Positions 19,061 to 28,607 of a DNA stretch of 64,000 bases are shown here, piece after piece. Under the pieces are notes generated by a model. The model did no database searches. It was not told where the DNA came from and worked only from the letters and a program-made list of their open reading frames with translations. A program made the position numbers and the translations under genes. Numbering within the stretch: the first letter of the stretch is position 1; each line of letters opens with the position of its first letter. The DNA comes from Rhodocyclaceae bacterium (GTDB lineage Bacteria; Pseudomonadota; Gammaproteobacteria; Burkholderiales; CAIKXV01), in assembly GCA_020248265.1 (NCBI GenBank), contig JADCHX010000012.1, forward strand, positions 20,378-84,377. The letters run 5' to 3'.

Positions 19061-19762
19061 TCAGACCGCTGCACCGACCAGCGCCCCGATGGCCGAGGTG
19101 ACTGCCATCGCCAGCGCCCCCCATGCGCTGACCCGCCACGTTGCGCGCCCGACCGGGGCGCCACCGATGCGCGCAGCTGCAGCGCCGAGCAGCGCGAGGG
19201 CGCCGAGCGAACCGGCTGCGATGACCGGCATCGCGCTGGCTGCGGGTGCAAGCAGCGCGCACAGCAGCGGCAGCACGGCGCCGGCCGCGAAGCTTGCAGC
19301 GGACGCGAGCGACGCCTGCAGCGGACGCGCAGCCGTCAGGTCCGAGATGCCCAGTTCCTCGAGGGCGTGGGCGCCCAGGGCATCGTGCGCCATCAACTGC
19401 GAGGCTACCGTCCGTGCGACCTCGGGTTCCAGACCGCGACGGACATAGATCGCGGCAAGCTCGTCCTGCTCCAGGACGGGATCGGCATGCAGCTCGGCGC
19501 GCTCCCGCTCGAGGTCGGCCTGTTCGGAGTCCGCCTGCGAGCTCACCGACACGTATTCGCCGGCTGCCATGGACATCGCACCGGCGACAAGACCAGCCAC
19601 GCCGGTCGTCAGCATCACATCGGGTGGAGCCGATGCGGCGGCAACCCCCAACAGCAGGGATGCGGTGGACACGATGCCGTCGTTCGCGCCCAGCACGGCC
19701 GCCCGCAGCCATGTCGTGCTGCCGAATCGGTGGCGTTCGAGGTGAAGCCTGTCGTGACGCAT
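19061..19762 (-). CDS. VIT1/CCC1 family iron/manganese transporter
   Basis: WLRAAVLGANDGIVSTASLLLGVAAA plus C-terminal TM helices. An AGGAGA RBS precedes ATG 19762. Confidence 0.8.
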   Translation of the reverse strand: MRHDRLHLERHRFGSTTWLRAAVLGANDGIVSTASLLLGVAAASAPPDVMLTTGVAGLVAGAMSMAAGEYVSVSSQADSEQADLERERAELHADPVLEQDELAAIYVRRGLEPEVARTVASQLMAHDALGAHALEELGISDLTAARPLQASLASAASFAAGAVLPLLCALLAPAASAMPVIAAGSLGALALLGAAAARIGGAPVGRATWRVSAWGALAMAVTSAIGALVGAAV

Positions 19763-19778
19763 GTCTTCTCCTGCCTGC

Positions 19779-20696
19779 TCAGGCGGTGCCGGGGCGCTCG
19801 GCACGGATGGCGAGCCAGATGCCCGCCAGCACGATCGTACCCCCGGCGACCTGCAGCACGCCCACCGGTTCGCCGAGAAACTGCCACGCGAAGGCGGCCG
19901 CTACCACCGGCTGCAGCAGCAGCCCGACCGAAGCGAGGGTGGGCGTCAGGTGCGCGATCGCATGGGCGATCAGGCTCTGCCCGGCCACATGGGAGACCAG
20001 CGCCAGGCCGGCGAGGATGGTCCAGCCGTACAGCGTCGCCGGCAGCAACTGCTCTCCGCTCGCGACGGCCACCGGCAGGAGGACTGCCGCGCAGGCGAGG
20101 CTGCTCCACGCCATCACGCTCGCGGTCGACACCGCGCTGCGCACCCGTGCGACGAACAGCTGGTAGGCCGCATAGAACATCGCGGTACCGATGCCCAGTG
20201 CGTCGCCGATCAGCCGCAGCGTGCCCTCTGCCGCTGGCGCGCGTCCGGATGACGGCACGGAGGATGCCGTACCGATCGACGAGCCGACGAGCACGATGGT
20301 GCCCGCCAGCGCCACGGCGAGCGCGAGCAGGAAGCGCGCGTGCGGCCGCCGCCCGGACAGCAGCCAGACCGCCAGTGTGACGAACACCGGCGCGAAGTTG
20401 GCAAGCAGCGTCGCGTTGGCCACGGACGTGAGCACGATCGACCCGTGCCAGAGCGCAAGGTCGCCAGCGAAGCAGACGCCGGCGGCCGCCAGCGGCCAAC
20501 CGAAGCGCCGGCCTGCCTCGAGATGGTCGGTCAGCGATACCCGCGCGGCCCATGCCCACAGCAGCGGCAAGGCGAGTGCCACCCGCCAGAAGGCGGTAGC
20601 GACAGGCCCCAGTTCGGACAGGCGCACCCAGATCGCGGACGAGGCGATGCAGAAGGCACCGACGAACAGGGCCAGCAGGCCCGCGTGAAGCCTCAC
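19779..20696 (-). CDS. DMT superfamily (EamA-like) transporter
   Basis: 305 aa with about 10 predicted TM helices and the duplicated EamA-type hydrophobic pattern. Confidence 0.7.
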   Translation of the reverse strand: MRLHAGLLALFVGAFCIASSAIWVRLSELGPVATAFWRVALALPLLWAWAARVSLTDHLEAGRRFGWPLAAAGVCFAGDLALWHGSIVLTSVANATLLANFAPVFVTLAVWLLSGRRPHARFLLALAVALAGTIVLVGSSIGTASSVPSSGRAPAAEGTLRLIGDALGIGTAMFYAAYQLFVARVRSAVSTASVMAWSSLACAAVLLPVAVASGEQLLPATLYGWTILAGLALVSHVAGQSLIAHAIAHLTPTLASVGLLLQPVVAAAFAWQFLGEPVGVLQVAGGTIVLAGIWLAIRAERPGTA

Positions 20697-21310
20697 GCGG
20701 GCTTACGGCACTCGACCAGGTACCAGAGCCCCAGGGGTGGCACGGTAGTGACGCGCGTTACCTGCAGCGGCGTGCCGGCCAGCACCGCCTCGAGCGAGAG
20801 ATCGGTGCGCCATCCCAGGTGTTGCGTGATCGGCGACAGCAGTCGCTGCCCGAACGCGACCAGCCGGTTGCGATGATGCAGATGGCTGACGATGACGATG
20901 CGTCCACCGGGCTTGCAGACGCGGACCATCTCTGCCATGAGTTGCCGGCAGTCGGGCACTGCCGTCACGACGTAGGCAGCCATCAGGGCGTCGAAGCAGG
21001 AGTCGGGGAACGCCATGCGCATGGCGTCCATGCGCAGGATGCAGGCATTGGTGACCCCGTGCGTACCTATGCAGGCCTGCGCCTCGCGCAGCATGCCCAG
21101 CGAGAAGTCGACCCCGACCACGAACGGGCCCGGGCCATACATCGGCAGTGCGATGCCGGTGCCGACGCCGACCTCGAGGATGCGTTCGCCCGGCCGGGCG
21201 TCCAGCCATTGCACCGCGGCCTTGCGCGGCCCATCGAACACACGACCGAACAGGCGATCGTAGATCTTCGCGTACGCGTCGTAGATCCGCTCGAGGCGGG
21301 CAAGATCCAA
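20693..21310 (-). CDS. Class I SAM-dependent methyltransferase
   Basis: ILEVGVGTG (motif I) and a type-11 methyltransferase layout. The start is assigned to TTG 21310, 7 nt after GGAG. The 282-aa track ORF has an implausible Arg/Ser/Pro-rich N-terminus. Confidence 0.7.
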   Translation of the reverse strand: MDLARLERIYDAYAKIYDRLFGRVFDGPRKAAVQWLDARPGERILEVGVGTGIALPMYGPGPFVVGVDFSLGMLREAQACIGTHGVTNACILRMDAMRMAFPDSCFDALMAAYVVTAVPDCRQLMAEMVRVCKPGGRIVIVSHLHHRNRLVAFGQRLLSPITQHLGWRTDLSLEAVLAGTPLQVTRVTTVPPLGLWYLVECRKPA

Positions 21311-21401
21311 CGGAAGGCTCCGGAGGCTGGAAAGGTGCGGATTATGCCATGCACGCAGCGCGCGGCTGCTGGATGCCGGTGCGGCCGGGCGGCTGCACCG
21401 G

Positions 21402-22985
21402 TCAGTCCCGGTTGAGGTCGGGGCGGCCCGACTCGACGACGAACGACGCCACCGTACGGATCGCCGACTGATCGTCGGCCGCGTCGGCGATGCCGAGGAA
21501 CCCTGTCTGCCAGCGCGTGGGCGTGACCTCGCAGCGGGCATAGCCGCGCTGGCGGCTCTCGAAGAACCGGACGTGCGGATTGGCCGGCAGCACCTTCATC
21601 GTCGACTCGTAGGGTATGCCGCGCGAACTGATCGAGGTGCCGACGAATTCCGGCATCACGATCGGCGAGCGCGGATCGTCGAAGTCCGGCCTGAGTTCGT
21701 TGGCCCAGAACGAATGGATGTCGCCGCCGATGGTCACCGGGTTGGCGACCTTCGTGGCCGCGAGCCGGGCCAGGAAGCGCGCGCGCGGCGCCGCATAACC
21801 GTCCCAGCCGTCGGTCCAGTGGACCGGCTGGCCGGCGGCATCGCGGTTGGTCAACTGGGCCATCATCAGCGACTGCGCGAGCACGTTCCATCGGCCGCGG
21901 CTGGTCGCGAGCCCGTCATCGAGCCATGTCTCCTGTACGCTGCCCCAGAGTGTCGCCGACGGGTCGAAGCGTGCGCCGCAGTTGGGCACCATGTTGCCAC
22001 CGCCGCGCCGTCCCTCGCCACACGGCTGGTCGGAACGGTACTGCCGGTTGTCGAGTACATGGAAGGTGGCCAGATCGCCGAACGCCACGCGACGGTACAG
22101 CAGCATGTCGGGACCGCGCGGCAGGCTCGCGCGCCGCAGCGGCAGGTGCTCGTAGTAGGCCTGGTAGGCCGCCGCGCGCCGCTGCAGGAACCACTTCGGA
22201 TCGTCGCGGTTCTGCGACTGGTCAGCCGCATAGTCGTTCTCGACCTCGTGGTCGTCCCAGGTCACCACCCAGGGAAAGTTCCGGTGTGCTGCGCGCAGGT
22301 GCGGATCGGTCCGGTAGCAGGCATAGCGGTTCCGGTACTGCGCCAGGGTGACCGGCTCTTCCTTCGTCTCGTGCCGCCGGGCGACCTTGCCGGCACTCGA
22401 TCCTTCATAGATGTAGTCGCCGAGATGGAGGACGAGGTCGAGGTCGTCCTGGGCCATGTGCCGGTAGGCGCCGAACTGGCCGTGCTCGTAGTGCTGGCAG
22501 GAAGCGAACGCGAAGCGCAGCCGCGCGGCGGGCGCGCCCGGTGCCGGCGACGTCCGACTGCGCCCGGTCGGGCTGACCGCGCCGCCTGCGGTGAACCGGT
22601 ACCAGTACCAGCGATCGGGATCGAGGCCGTCCACCTCGACATGCACGGCGTGGCCCAGGCGCGGGTCGGCGGTCGCGCGGCCGCGGCGCAGGACGCGGGT
22701 GTGCGCTTCGTCTGCGGCCACGGTCCAGTCGACGGCGACCGGCAAGTCGGGCATGCCGCCGCCCTCCGTGGGCCGCGGCGCGAGCCGGGTCCAGATGACG
22801 AAGCCATCGGCAGACGGATCGCCGGAGGCCACGCCGAGCGCGAACGGATCGTCCTGCGTTTTCCATTCGGCGGCTGCCGCCGGGGTAACCGTGCTGGCAA
22901 AGATGGCCGACAGGCCGAGCAGGCAGCGCCGGCGCGCCAGGGAGTCGAGGGTGGCGTCGCGGGAGAGACGGGGAGGCTGTCGCAT
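21402..22985 (-). CDS. phoD: Alkaline phosphatase D (PhoD) family, Tat-exported
   Basis: Twin-arginine signal (SLARRRCLLGLSAIFA). PhoD strings include FALGVASGDP, FAFASCQ, LHLGDYIYE, WDDHEVENDY and GGDIHSFW. Confidence 0.85.
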   Translation of the reverse strand: MRQPPRLSRDATLDSLARRRCLLGLSAIFASTVTPAAAAEWKTQDDPFALGVASGDPSADGFVIWTRLAPRPTEGGGMPDLPVAVDWTVAADEAHTRVLRRGRATADPRLGHAVHVEVDGLDPDRWYWYRFTAGGAVSPTGRSRTSPAPGAPAARLRFAFASCQHYEHGQFGAYRHMAQDDLDLVLHLGDYIYEGSSAGKVARRHETKEEPVTLAQYRNRYACYRTDPHLRAAHRNFPWVVTWDDHEVENDYAADQSQNRDDPKWFLQRRAAAYQAYYEHLPLRRASLPRGPDMLLYRRVAFGDLATFHVLDNRQYRSDQPCGEGRRGGGNMVPNCGARFDPSATLWGSVQETWLDDGLATSRGRWNVLAQSLMMAQLTNRDAAGQPVHWTDGWDGYAAPRARFLARLAATKVANPVTIGGDIHSFWANELRPDFDDPRSPIVMPEFVGTSISSRGIPYESTMKVLPANPHVRFFESRQRGYARCEVTPTRWQTGFLGIADAADDQSAIRTVASFVVESGRPDLNRD

Positions 22986-23102
22986 GCGAAGGTTTACGTC
23001 CAGTGGGTATTGAAATTGTGTCGCTGCCACGCATGCCGGTGCCTGGCACGATCCACGGCAAAGGTATCATTGCGCAATACAACACAGGCGTGCGAAAGAG
23101 TG

Positions 23103-23567
23103 ATGACGATCGACTGGCATGCATTCACACCCGGTGCCGCGCTGACCGGCGGACTGCTCATCGGTTTCGCCGCCGCCTTCCTGGTGCTGACCATCGGCCG
23201 GATTGCCGGCATCAGCGGCATCCTCGGCAACGTGCTGCCCGGTGCGCTCGCGGGCAAGCCGGGCTCCGGCGGCGAGCGCGGCTGGCGCATCGCCTTCCTG
23301 CTCGGGCTGGCGGCTGCGCCAGGCCTCGCCGCCGTGTCGGCGGTGCCGATGCCGCCGGTGGAGTCCCTGGTCGACTGGCCCTGGCTGATCGTGGCAGGCC
23401 TGCTGGTCGGGGTGGGCACGCGCATCGGCAGCGGCTGCACCAGCGGTCATGGCGTCTGCGGCCTGGCGCGAGGCTCCCTGCGCTCGCTTGCAGCCACGCT
23501 GACCTTCATGGCATTTGGCATCGCGACCGTATGGCTGCTTCATCACGTGCTGCAGGTGCCGGCATGA
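23103..23567 (+). CDS. YeeE/YedE family membrane protein (half-size, part 1)
   Basis: 154 aa, four TM helices, with GRIAGISGI and GSGCTSGHGVCG motifs characteristic of YeeE/YedE sulfur- or selenium-related transport proteins. Confidence 0.7.
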   Translation: MTIDWHAFTPGAALTGGLLIGFAAAFLVLTIGRIAGISGILGNVLPGALAGKPGSGGERGWRIAFLLGLAAAPGLAAVSAVPMPPVESLVDWPWLIVAGLLVGVGTRIGSGCTSGHGVCGLARGSLRSLAATLTFMAFGIATVWLLHHVLQVPA

Positions 23568-24025
23568 AGGCAATCGCGGCGTTCCTCTGCGGACTGATGC
23601 TCGGCGTCGGTCTGATCGTTGCCCAGATGACCAATCCGGCCAAGGTCATCGCCTTCCTCGACGTCAGCGGACACTGGGATCCCAGCCTGGGACTGGTGAT
23701 GGGCAGCGCGCTGCTTGCCGCGTTCGTCGGCTTTGCGTGGGTCGAGCGGCGGGGCCGCCCGATGCTGTCCGGAGAACTTGCGTTGCCGCCGCGCTGGCCG
23801 GTCGATGGTCAACTGCTGGGCGGGGCCGCCCTGTTCGGCGTCGGCTGGGGTATCGGCGGCTTCTGTCCCGGACCGGCGATCGTCGGCACCGCGGCGCTGT
23901 CGGGCGACGCGGCCGTGTTCACCGCAGCAATGCTGGTGGGCATGCTCGGCGCCAACCGGCTGGCCGCAGCGACCGCTGCCGCCCGCCGCACGTTCTCGCG
24001 CGAATCGTCCGACGCCGCGCAATGA
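23564..24025 (+). CDS. YeeE/YedE family membrane protein (half-size, part 2)
   Basis: ATGA overlap with the preceding gene. It contains the NPAKVIAFLD and GWGIGGFCPGPA motifs. Confidence 0.7.
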   Translation: MKAIAAFLCGLMLGVGLIVAQMTNPAKVIAFLDVSGHWDPSLGLVMGSALLAAFVGFAWVERRGRPMLSGELALPPRWPVDGQLLGGAALFGVGWGIGGFCPGPAIVGTAALSGDAAVFTAAMLVGMLGANRLAAATAAARRTFSRESSDAAQ

Positions 24026-24112
24026 TAGGCGCGCGCGCCGGGTAGCCTGCGCGCTCGACCGGCAAGCCGTGCGTGGCGGTTGCCGTCCCTCGCCTGCGGC
24101 TGCAGCCCGCGG

Positions 24113-24808
24113 TCAGAGCAGTGAATTCGCGCGGAACGTTGCCAGTGCCTGCCGGGTCGCAAAGTCGCCGAGCGAGGGCGGGATACTGCCGCCAGCAGTC
24201 CCTGCGCGCTCGCCGGACAGCGTCGAGCGGTCGAGAAGGGAGCCCGCGCGCTGGGCGAACAGGCCATCGAGGTTTCGTGCGTAGTCGGTGACCAGTGCCA
24301 ACACGCCGGCCGGGTTGGTGCGGAAAGCCTGCTCCAGTGCAGTGCGGTCTACCTGGAATCCGCCGCCGGGCGTGGGCGTCAGCCCGAGCGCAGTCAGCGA
24401 CCCTGCGGTTGCGCGGCCATTCACGGAGTCGGTGAGTCCGGAGGCGAGCAGCCGCTGACTCAGTTCCGCCCCCGACAGGAAATCGAGTTCGTCCCCAGTG
24501 CCGTCGCTGAGCTGCCCGAGGCTGGATATCGACTGGTCAAGCACTGCGATCGCCTGCGCAATGCGGGTGGCGTTCGTGGCTGCCGCAGCGATGTTGTCGC
24601 TCGATGCCGACGCAAGCAGCGCGCCGACGGCGCCAGCAACCTCGCCCAGCGGGGACAATTGCACGCGCGCGCTCTGCGCCGCTGCCGCAGCCGAGGGCGC
24701 GGCAAGCGACAGCACTGGCAGCGCCGGGGCAACGGCCACCCGCAGCGCCGGTCGCATCGCTGCGATGGTCTGGTAAGCCACGCTCTGGGGCGACGCGATA
24801 TCCATCAA
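24113..24808 (-). CDS. Hypothetical Ala/Leu-rich protein
   Basis: 231-aa ORF with codon bias consistent with coding. Its C-terminal part weakly recalls FliD-type cap-protein C-termini (VDRTALEQAFRTNPAGVLALV), but there is no flagellar context. Confidence 0.4.
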   Translation of the reverse strand: MMDIASPQSVAYQTIAAMRPALRVAVAPALPVLSLAAPSAAAAAQSARVQLSPLGEVAGAVGALLASASSDNIAAAATNATRIAQAIAVLDQSISSLGQLSDGTGDELDFLSGAELSQRLLASGLTDSVNGRATAGSLTALGLTPTPGGGFQVDRTALEQAFRTNPAGVLALVTDYARNLDGLFAQRAGSLLDRSTLSGERAGTAGGSIPPSLGDFATRQALATFRANSLL

Positions 24809-24871
24809 GGCAGTATAGCGACTGCAGCCGTCGTGCTGCCGGCCGGCATCCGGCCCCCTGCCCGTTGATGC

Positions 24872-25861
24872 TTACTGCAGTGGCGCCAGCTTGCCCTCGC
24901 GCACCAGCCGTGCATAGCGTTCGACGTCGCTCACCAGGAACTTCGCGAACTCCGCACCCGGATGCGGCACCGGCTCTGCAGCGATCTGGGTGAGCCGGGT
25001 CTTCAGACGATCTGTCTGCATCGATCGGATCACCGACTGCTCGAGCGTGGCCAGCACGTCCTTGGGCGTGCCATTCGGCGCGAACAGCGCGAACCAGCTG
25101 CCGAACTCGAATCCGGCGAACGTTTCCGATATCGACGGGACGTCGGGCATGGCCGGCGAACGCTTGCGGGCGGTCGTCGCCAGCGCCCGTACCTTGCCGC
25201 CGCTGATCTGGCCGACGGCGGATCCGGCGAGATCGAACAGCATGTTGACGCGGCCGGCGATCAGGTCGGGGTACACGGCACCGCTACCCTTGTACGGCAC
25301 ATGCGTGATCGTGACGCCGCCGCGATCCTGGAACAGCTCGCCGGCGAGGTGACTGCTCGTGCCCGGACCGGAGGAGCCGAAGAACAGGGCCCCCGGCTTC
25401 GCTTTCGCAGCGTTGACCAGGTCGGTCACGGTCTTCCACGGACTGTCTGTGGCGATTACCAGCAGGTTGGGCACCGTGGCGATGCCGGCGACCGGCACCA
25501 GGTCCTTGCGCGGGTCCCAGTTCAGGCGCATCAGGCTGACGTTGGTGGACACGGACAGCGACCCGAGCAGCAGCGTGTATCCGTCCGGCCGACTCTGCTT
25601 GGCCACGTACTCGGCACCGATATTGCCGCCGGCACCCGGGCGGAGTTCGATGATCACGTTCTGGCCGAGCAGTTTTGTCATCTCGATGCCGAATTCACGG
25701 CCAAGCACTTCGGCGGAGCCGCCGGGTGCGAAGGGCACGATCATCGTGATCGGGCGCGTCGGGAACGTCGGGGCAGCGCCCTGGGCAAGCGCGCTGCCAG
25801 CCGCCGCGAGCGCGGCGGCTGCCGTTGCGAGGGAAAGAATTGCGGAACGGGTATTGGTCAT
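24872..25861 (-). CDS. Bug/TctC family substrate-binding protein
   Basis: Signal peptide, then FPTRPITMIVPFAPGGSAEVLGR, LRPGAGG, SSGPGTSSHL and VPYKGSG. The start is trimmed to ATG 25861. Confidence 0.8.
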   Translation of the reverse strand: MTNTRSAILSLATAAAALAAAGSALAQGAAPTFPTRPITMIVPFAPGGSAEVLGREFGIEMTKLLGQNVIIELRPGAGGNIGAEYVAKQSRPDGYTLLLGSLSVSTNVSLMRLNWDPRKDLVPVAGIATVPNLLVIATDSPWKTVTDLVNAAKAKPGALFFGSSGPGTSSHLAGELFQDRGGVTITHVPYKGSGAVYPDLIAGRVNMLFDLAGSAVGQISGGKVRALATTARKRSPAMPDVPSISETFAGFEFGSWFALFAPNGTPKDVLATLEQSVIRSMQTDRLKTRLTQIAAEPVPHPGAEFAKFLVSDVERYARLVREGKLAPLQ

Positions 25862-25952
25862 GAGGGTCTGTCTCGGGTGGAAGCAGCGCCTGCACGGCGC
25901 ACAACGGATTGCATCATACAAAACGCGTCAACTATGCCATTAGTCGGGCCGT

Positions 25953-27668
25953 TCAACCGTCCGGCGCGACCGGCGGTGCCGGCCATACGACGCGTCCGCC
26001 GACCAGGGTCAGCTCCGAACGGAGATCCATCAGCTCGTCGTCGGCGACCGCCAGCGGATCGCGATCGAGCACCGTGAGATCGGCGAGCAGGCCCGGCGCG
26101 AGCGTGCCCTTCCGGTCTTCCTCGAAGGTAAGCATCGCGCCGGATACCGTCGCGGCATGCAGGGCCTGGCTGCGGCTGATCGCTTCTTCCGGTGCCACCG
26201 GAGCGCCGCTGTAGCGGTTGATCCGGGTGACTGCCTGCCATACAGGCCAGAACATGGATACCGGCACGTTGTCGGTGGCCAGCGATACCGGCACGCCTGC
26301 ATCGATCAGCGACCGCAGCGGCGAGATCTCGTGCGAGCGCCCCGGGCCGAGCTTCTCCGCCAGCAGGTGGCCTTCCTTGTATACGTAGCGATTGGTGTGG
26401 CTGGTGGTGACCAGCCCGAGGTCGCGTACGCGGCCGATGTCTTCTCGCGCCAGCGAAGACAGGTGGCCGAGCACCCAGCGCTGGTCGCGGATCGGCACCA
26501 CTCGATCCACCTCCTCGAACAGGTCGAGCATGTTCGGCCAGATCGCCACCACCCGGATGCGGCGCTCTGCGCAGGCGATGAGCAGGGCGCGCGCCTTCTC
26601 CCGCGCGAGCGCGGTGTCGTAGTTGAAGCCGGCCCAACCGGTATAGGGCATCGAGCGCGCCCGTACCCGGTTGTCGGCGACGATGTCGATATCGACGAAC
26701 AGCCCGGTGATGCGCAGCAGCGCGTCGCCGCAGGCCGGCTCGGTCAGACCGGCGCACCAGGCGTCGAGTAGCCGACCATAGCCGTCGGGATGGGTGCCGC
26801 CGGACAGCGCGCCCCAGTCGGGGCTGGCGACCAGGGCGGTTCGCATGGTCAGCGCGCCGCGCCCGTGCACCGACTTGTACGCGCGGATCAGTTCGGCGGC
26901 CGCGCCGTGCTCCTCGAAGATGCTGGTGGTGCCGAATGCGTGGTACGCAGCCATGGCCGCCGGCAGTGTCGCCGCACGGTCGGCCTCGCTGAAGCCGGGC
27001 ACGCAGCGCATCAGCGAATGCTCGACGATCGGCATCATCGTCTGTTCGAAGAACACGCCATCGGGTTCGCCGCTGGCATCGCGTCCGATCGTGATGGTCG
27101 GCGTCGGCGACACCGTGCTGCGGTCGATGCCGGCGCAGGCGAGGGCGCGCGAGTTCGCGACCGAAACCAGCGGCGGGGTATGGCGCCAGTAGCCCCAGAT
27201 GGGACGAATGAACACCGGATGGTCTGGGGCCGCTTCGTCGAGTTCGTGCCGTGTCGGCCAGCGGTTTTCGCGCAGGCAGCCCGGTGCATCGAAGTAGGCT
27301 GGCGGAGTACCGATCGGCATGGTGACGATCCACTCGCCCGGCGCGCGCGCGCGCGCCAGGGTGGCGATCCGCTCCTGGATGTCGGCGATCGAGCGCACCG
27401 GCCCGAGCGACGGGAACACCTGCTTGAGGCCCTCGCGGTCCATGTGGGCATGCCCGTCGATGAGACCGGGCAGCACGGTCCGCCCGGACAACTCGTGGAC
27501 GTGCGTGCCGGGACCGATGTGCTGGGTGATCGCTTCGTTGCTGCCCACCGCCAGCAGCCGGTCGCCCTCGATCGCCAGCGCCTCGGCCAGCGGGCGCGCA
27601 GGATCCTGGGTGAGCACGCGCCCGCCGCGAAGGACCCGGTCGGCGGCGCGCGGGGGCGCTCCGGTCAT
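25953..27668 (-). CDS. Amidohydrolase-3 family metal-dependent hydrolase
   Basis: LPGLIDGHAHMD (HxH metal motif), a TIM-barrel amidohydrolase layout, and C-terminal ADLTVLDRDPL. The start is trimmed to ATG 27668. Confidence 0.75.
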   Translation of the reverse strand: MTGAPPRAADRVLRGGRVLTQDPARPLAEALAIEGDRLLAVGSNEAITQHIGPGTHVHELSGRTVLPGLIDGHAHMDREGLKQVFPSLGPVRSIADIQERIATLARARAPGEWIVTMPIGTPPAYFDAPGCLRENRWPTRHELDEAAPDHPVFIRPIWGYWRHTPPLVSVANSRALACAGIDRSTVSPTPTITIGRDASGEPDGVFFEQTMMPIVEHSLMRCVPGFSEADRAATLPAAMAAYHAFGTTSIFEEHGAAAELIRAYKSVHGRGALTMRTALVASPDWGALSGGTHPDGYGRLLDAWCAGLTEPACGDALLRITGLFVDIDIVADNRVRARSMPYTGWAGFNYDTALAREKARALLIACAERRIRVVAIWPNMLDLFEEVDRVVPIRDQRWVLGHLSSLAREDIGRVRDLGLVTTSHTNRYVYKEGHLLAEKLGPGRSHEISPLRSLIDAGVPVSLATDNVPVSMFWPVWQAVTRINRYSGAPVAPEEAISRSQALHAATVSGAMLTFEEDRKGTLAPGLLADLTVLDRDPLAVADDELMDLRSELTLVGGRVVWPAPPVAPDG

Positions 27669-27928
27669 CGCTGACTCGCGGTCGGGGGCATCGGGCTCAC
27701 CTGTGACAGTGCGGAGGGCGGATGATAACCGCGGGCGCACCCATCCCGGCGCGGACAGGCGATGGACTGATCGGCACTGGGCGCGGCCGTCGCGGGGGGA
27801 ACCTTTGGTGCGATACGCAGCCGATGATTGTTCTCTGACCGGCTGTTGGCGCGACTTTGAACGGTCGGTGATGCCGTATAGACTCCCGCCCTGTTCGTTC
27901 CTCCTCAAGTGCCCTGTGCACCAATCCC

Positions 27929-28513
27929 GTGCCAATACTGCACCGATACCGCACGATGACCGACCGTCCGACGACCCGCTCGACCGACCAGCCGCACGCA
28001 GCCGGGCGGGCGGACATGGCCGCGTGCGACGGGCGCGAGGGCGCTTGCGGCTTCGATGCGCCTTGGGTGGTCGCGGTCGGTGCGTCGTTACGCCTCACGA
28101 TGGTGATCGCCGGTGGCCATGCTGCGGCGGCGGCAGCGGTGATGGTCGCGCAGGCACCGCTTGGCCTCGCCGTGGCGCTGTACGCCGCGATCGCCGCCAG
28201 CGCCGTGCTGCACCTGGCACGGCTGGCGCGGGTAGCGCTGCCGCAGTCGATCGTCGGACTCGAAGTGGCCGGGAACGGCCGGGTGCAGGCAAGACGCCGT
28301 GACGGGCAGATGCGCGGGGCCTGGCTGCTGCCATCGACAGTGGTGGGCAGCCGGCTGACGGTGATCCGGCTGCGGCTCGACGGGCAGCGATTGCCCTGCG
28401 ACTGCCTGCTGCTGTCCGACAACTGCGAGCCCGAAGCGTTCCGGCGGCTGCGCGCCGGGCTGGTCTGGCAGGCCGGGCCGGCCCTGCAGCGGCGCAATTT
28501 GCGGGCAGATTGA
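27929..28513 (+). CDS. YgfX/CptA-like inner-membrane protein (start uncertain)
   Basis: Two hydrophobic helices are followed by WLLPSTVVGSRLTVIRLRLDGQRL...LLLSDNCEPEAFRRLRAGLVW, resembling the conserved C-terminal block of the CptA/YgfX family. Alternative Met starts exist at 27956 and 28016. Confidence 0.45.
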   Translation: MPILHRYRTMTDRPTTRSTDQPHAAGRADMAACDGREGACGFDAPWVVAVGASLRLTMVIAGGHAAAAAAVMVAQAPLGLAVALYAAIAASAVLHLARLARVALPQSIVGLEVAGNGRVQARRRDGQMRGAWLLPSTVVGSRLTVIRLRLDGQRLPCDCLLLSDNCEPEAFRRLRAGLVWQAGPALQRRNLRAD

Positions 28514-28539
28514 ACTAATTGGGCCCGTTCGCTGTCTGT
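28512..28539 (+). promoter_or_regulatory. Candidate sigma-E-dependent (autoregulated) promoter of rpoE
   Basis: GAACTA-N17-TCTGT lies ~70 nt upstream of rpoE. The RpoE/AlgU consensus is GAACTT-N16/17-TCTGA. Confidence 0.4.
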
Positions 28540-28607
28540 TGGAGGGTGGCAGGGTGTTCCGTTGCCGCGGGGCACCGGACCCCGTCTACCCGCGCGAGCG
28601 CCTGTAG

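Noticed and set aside
21573-23567. 664-aa plus-strand ORF
   Set aside because: Most of it is antisense to phoD. Only the last 155 codons (from ATG 23103) encode the YeeE/YedE protein.
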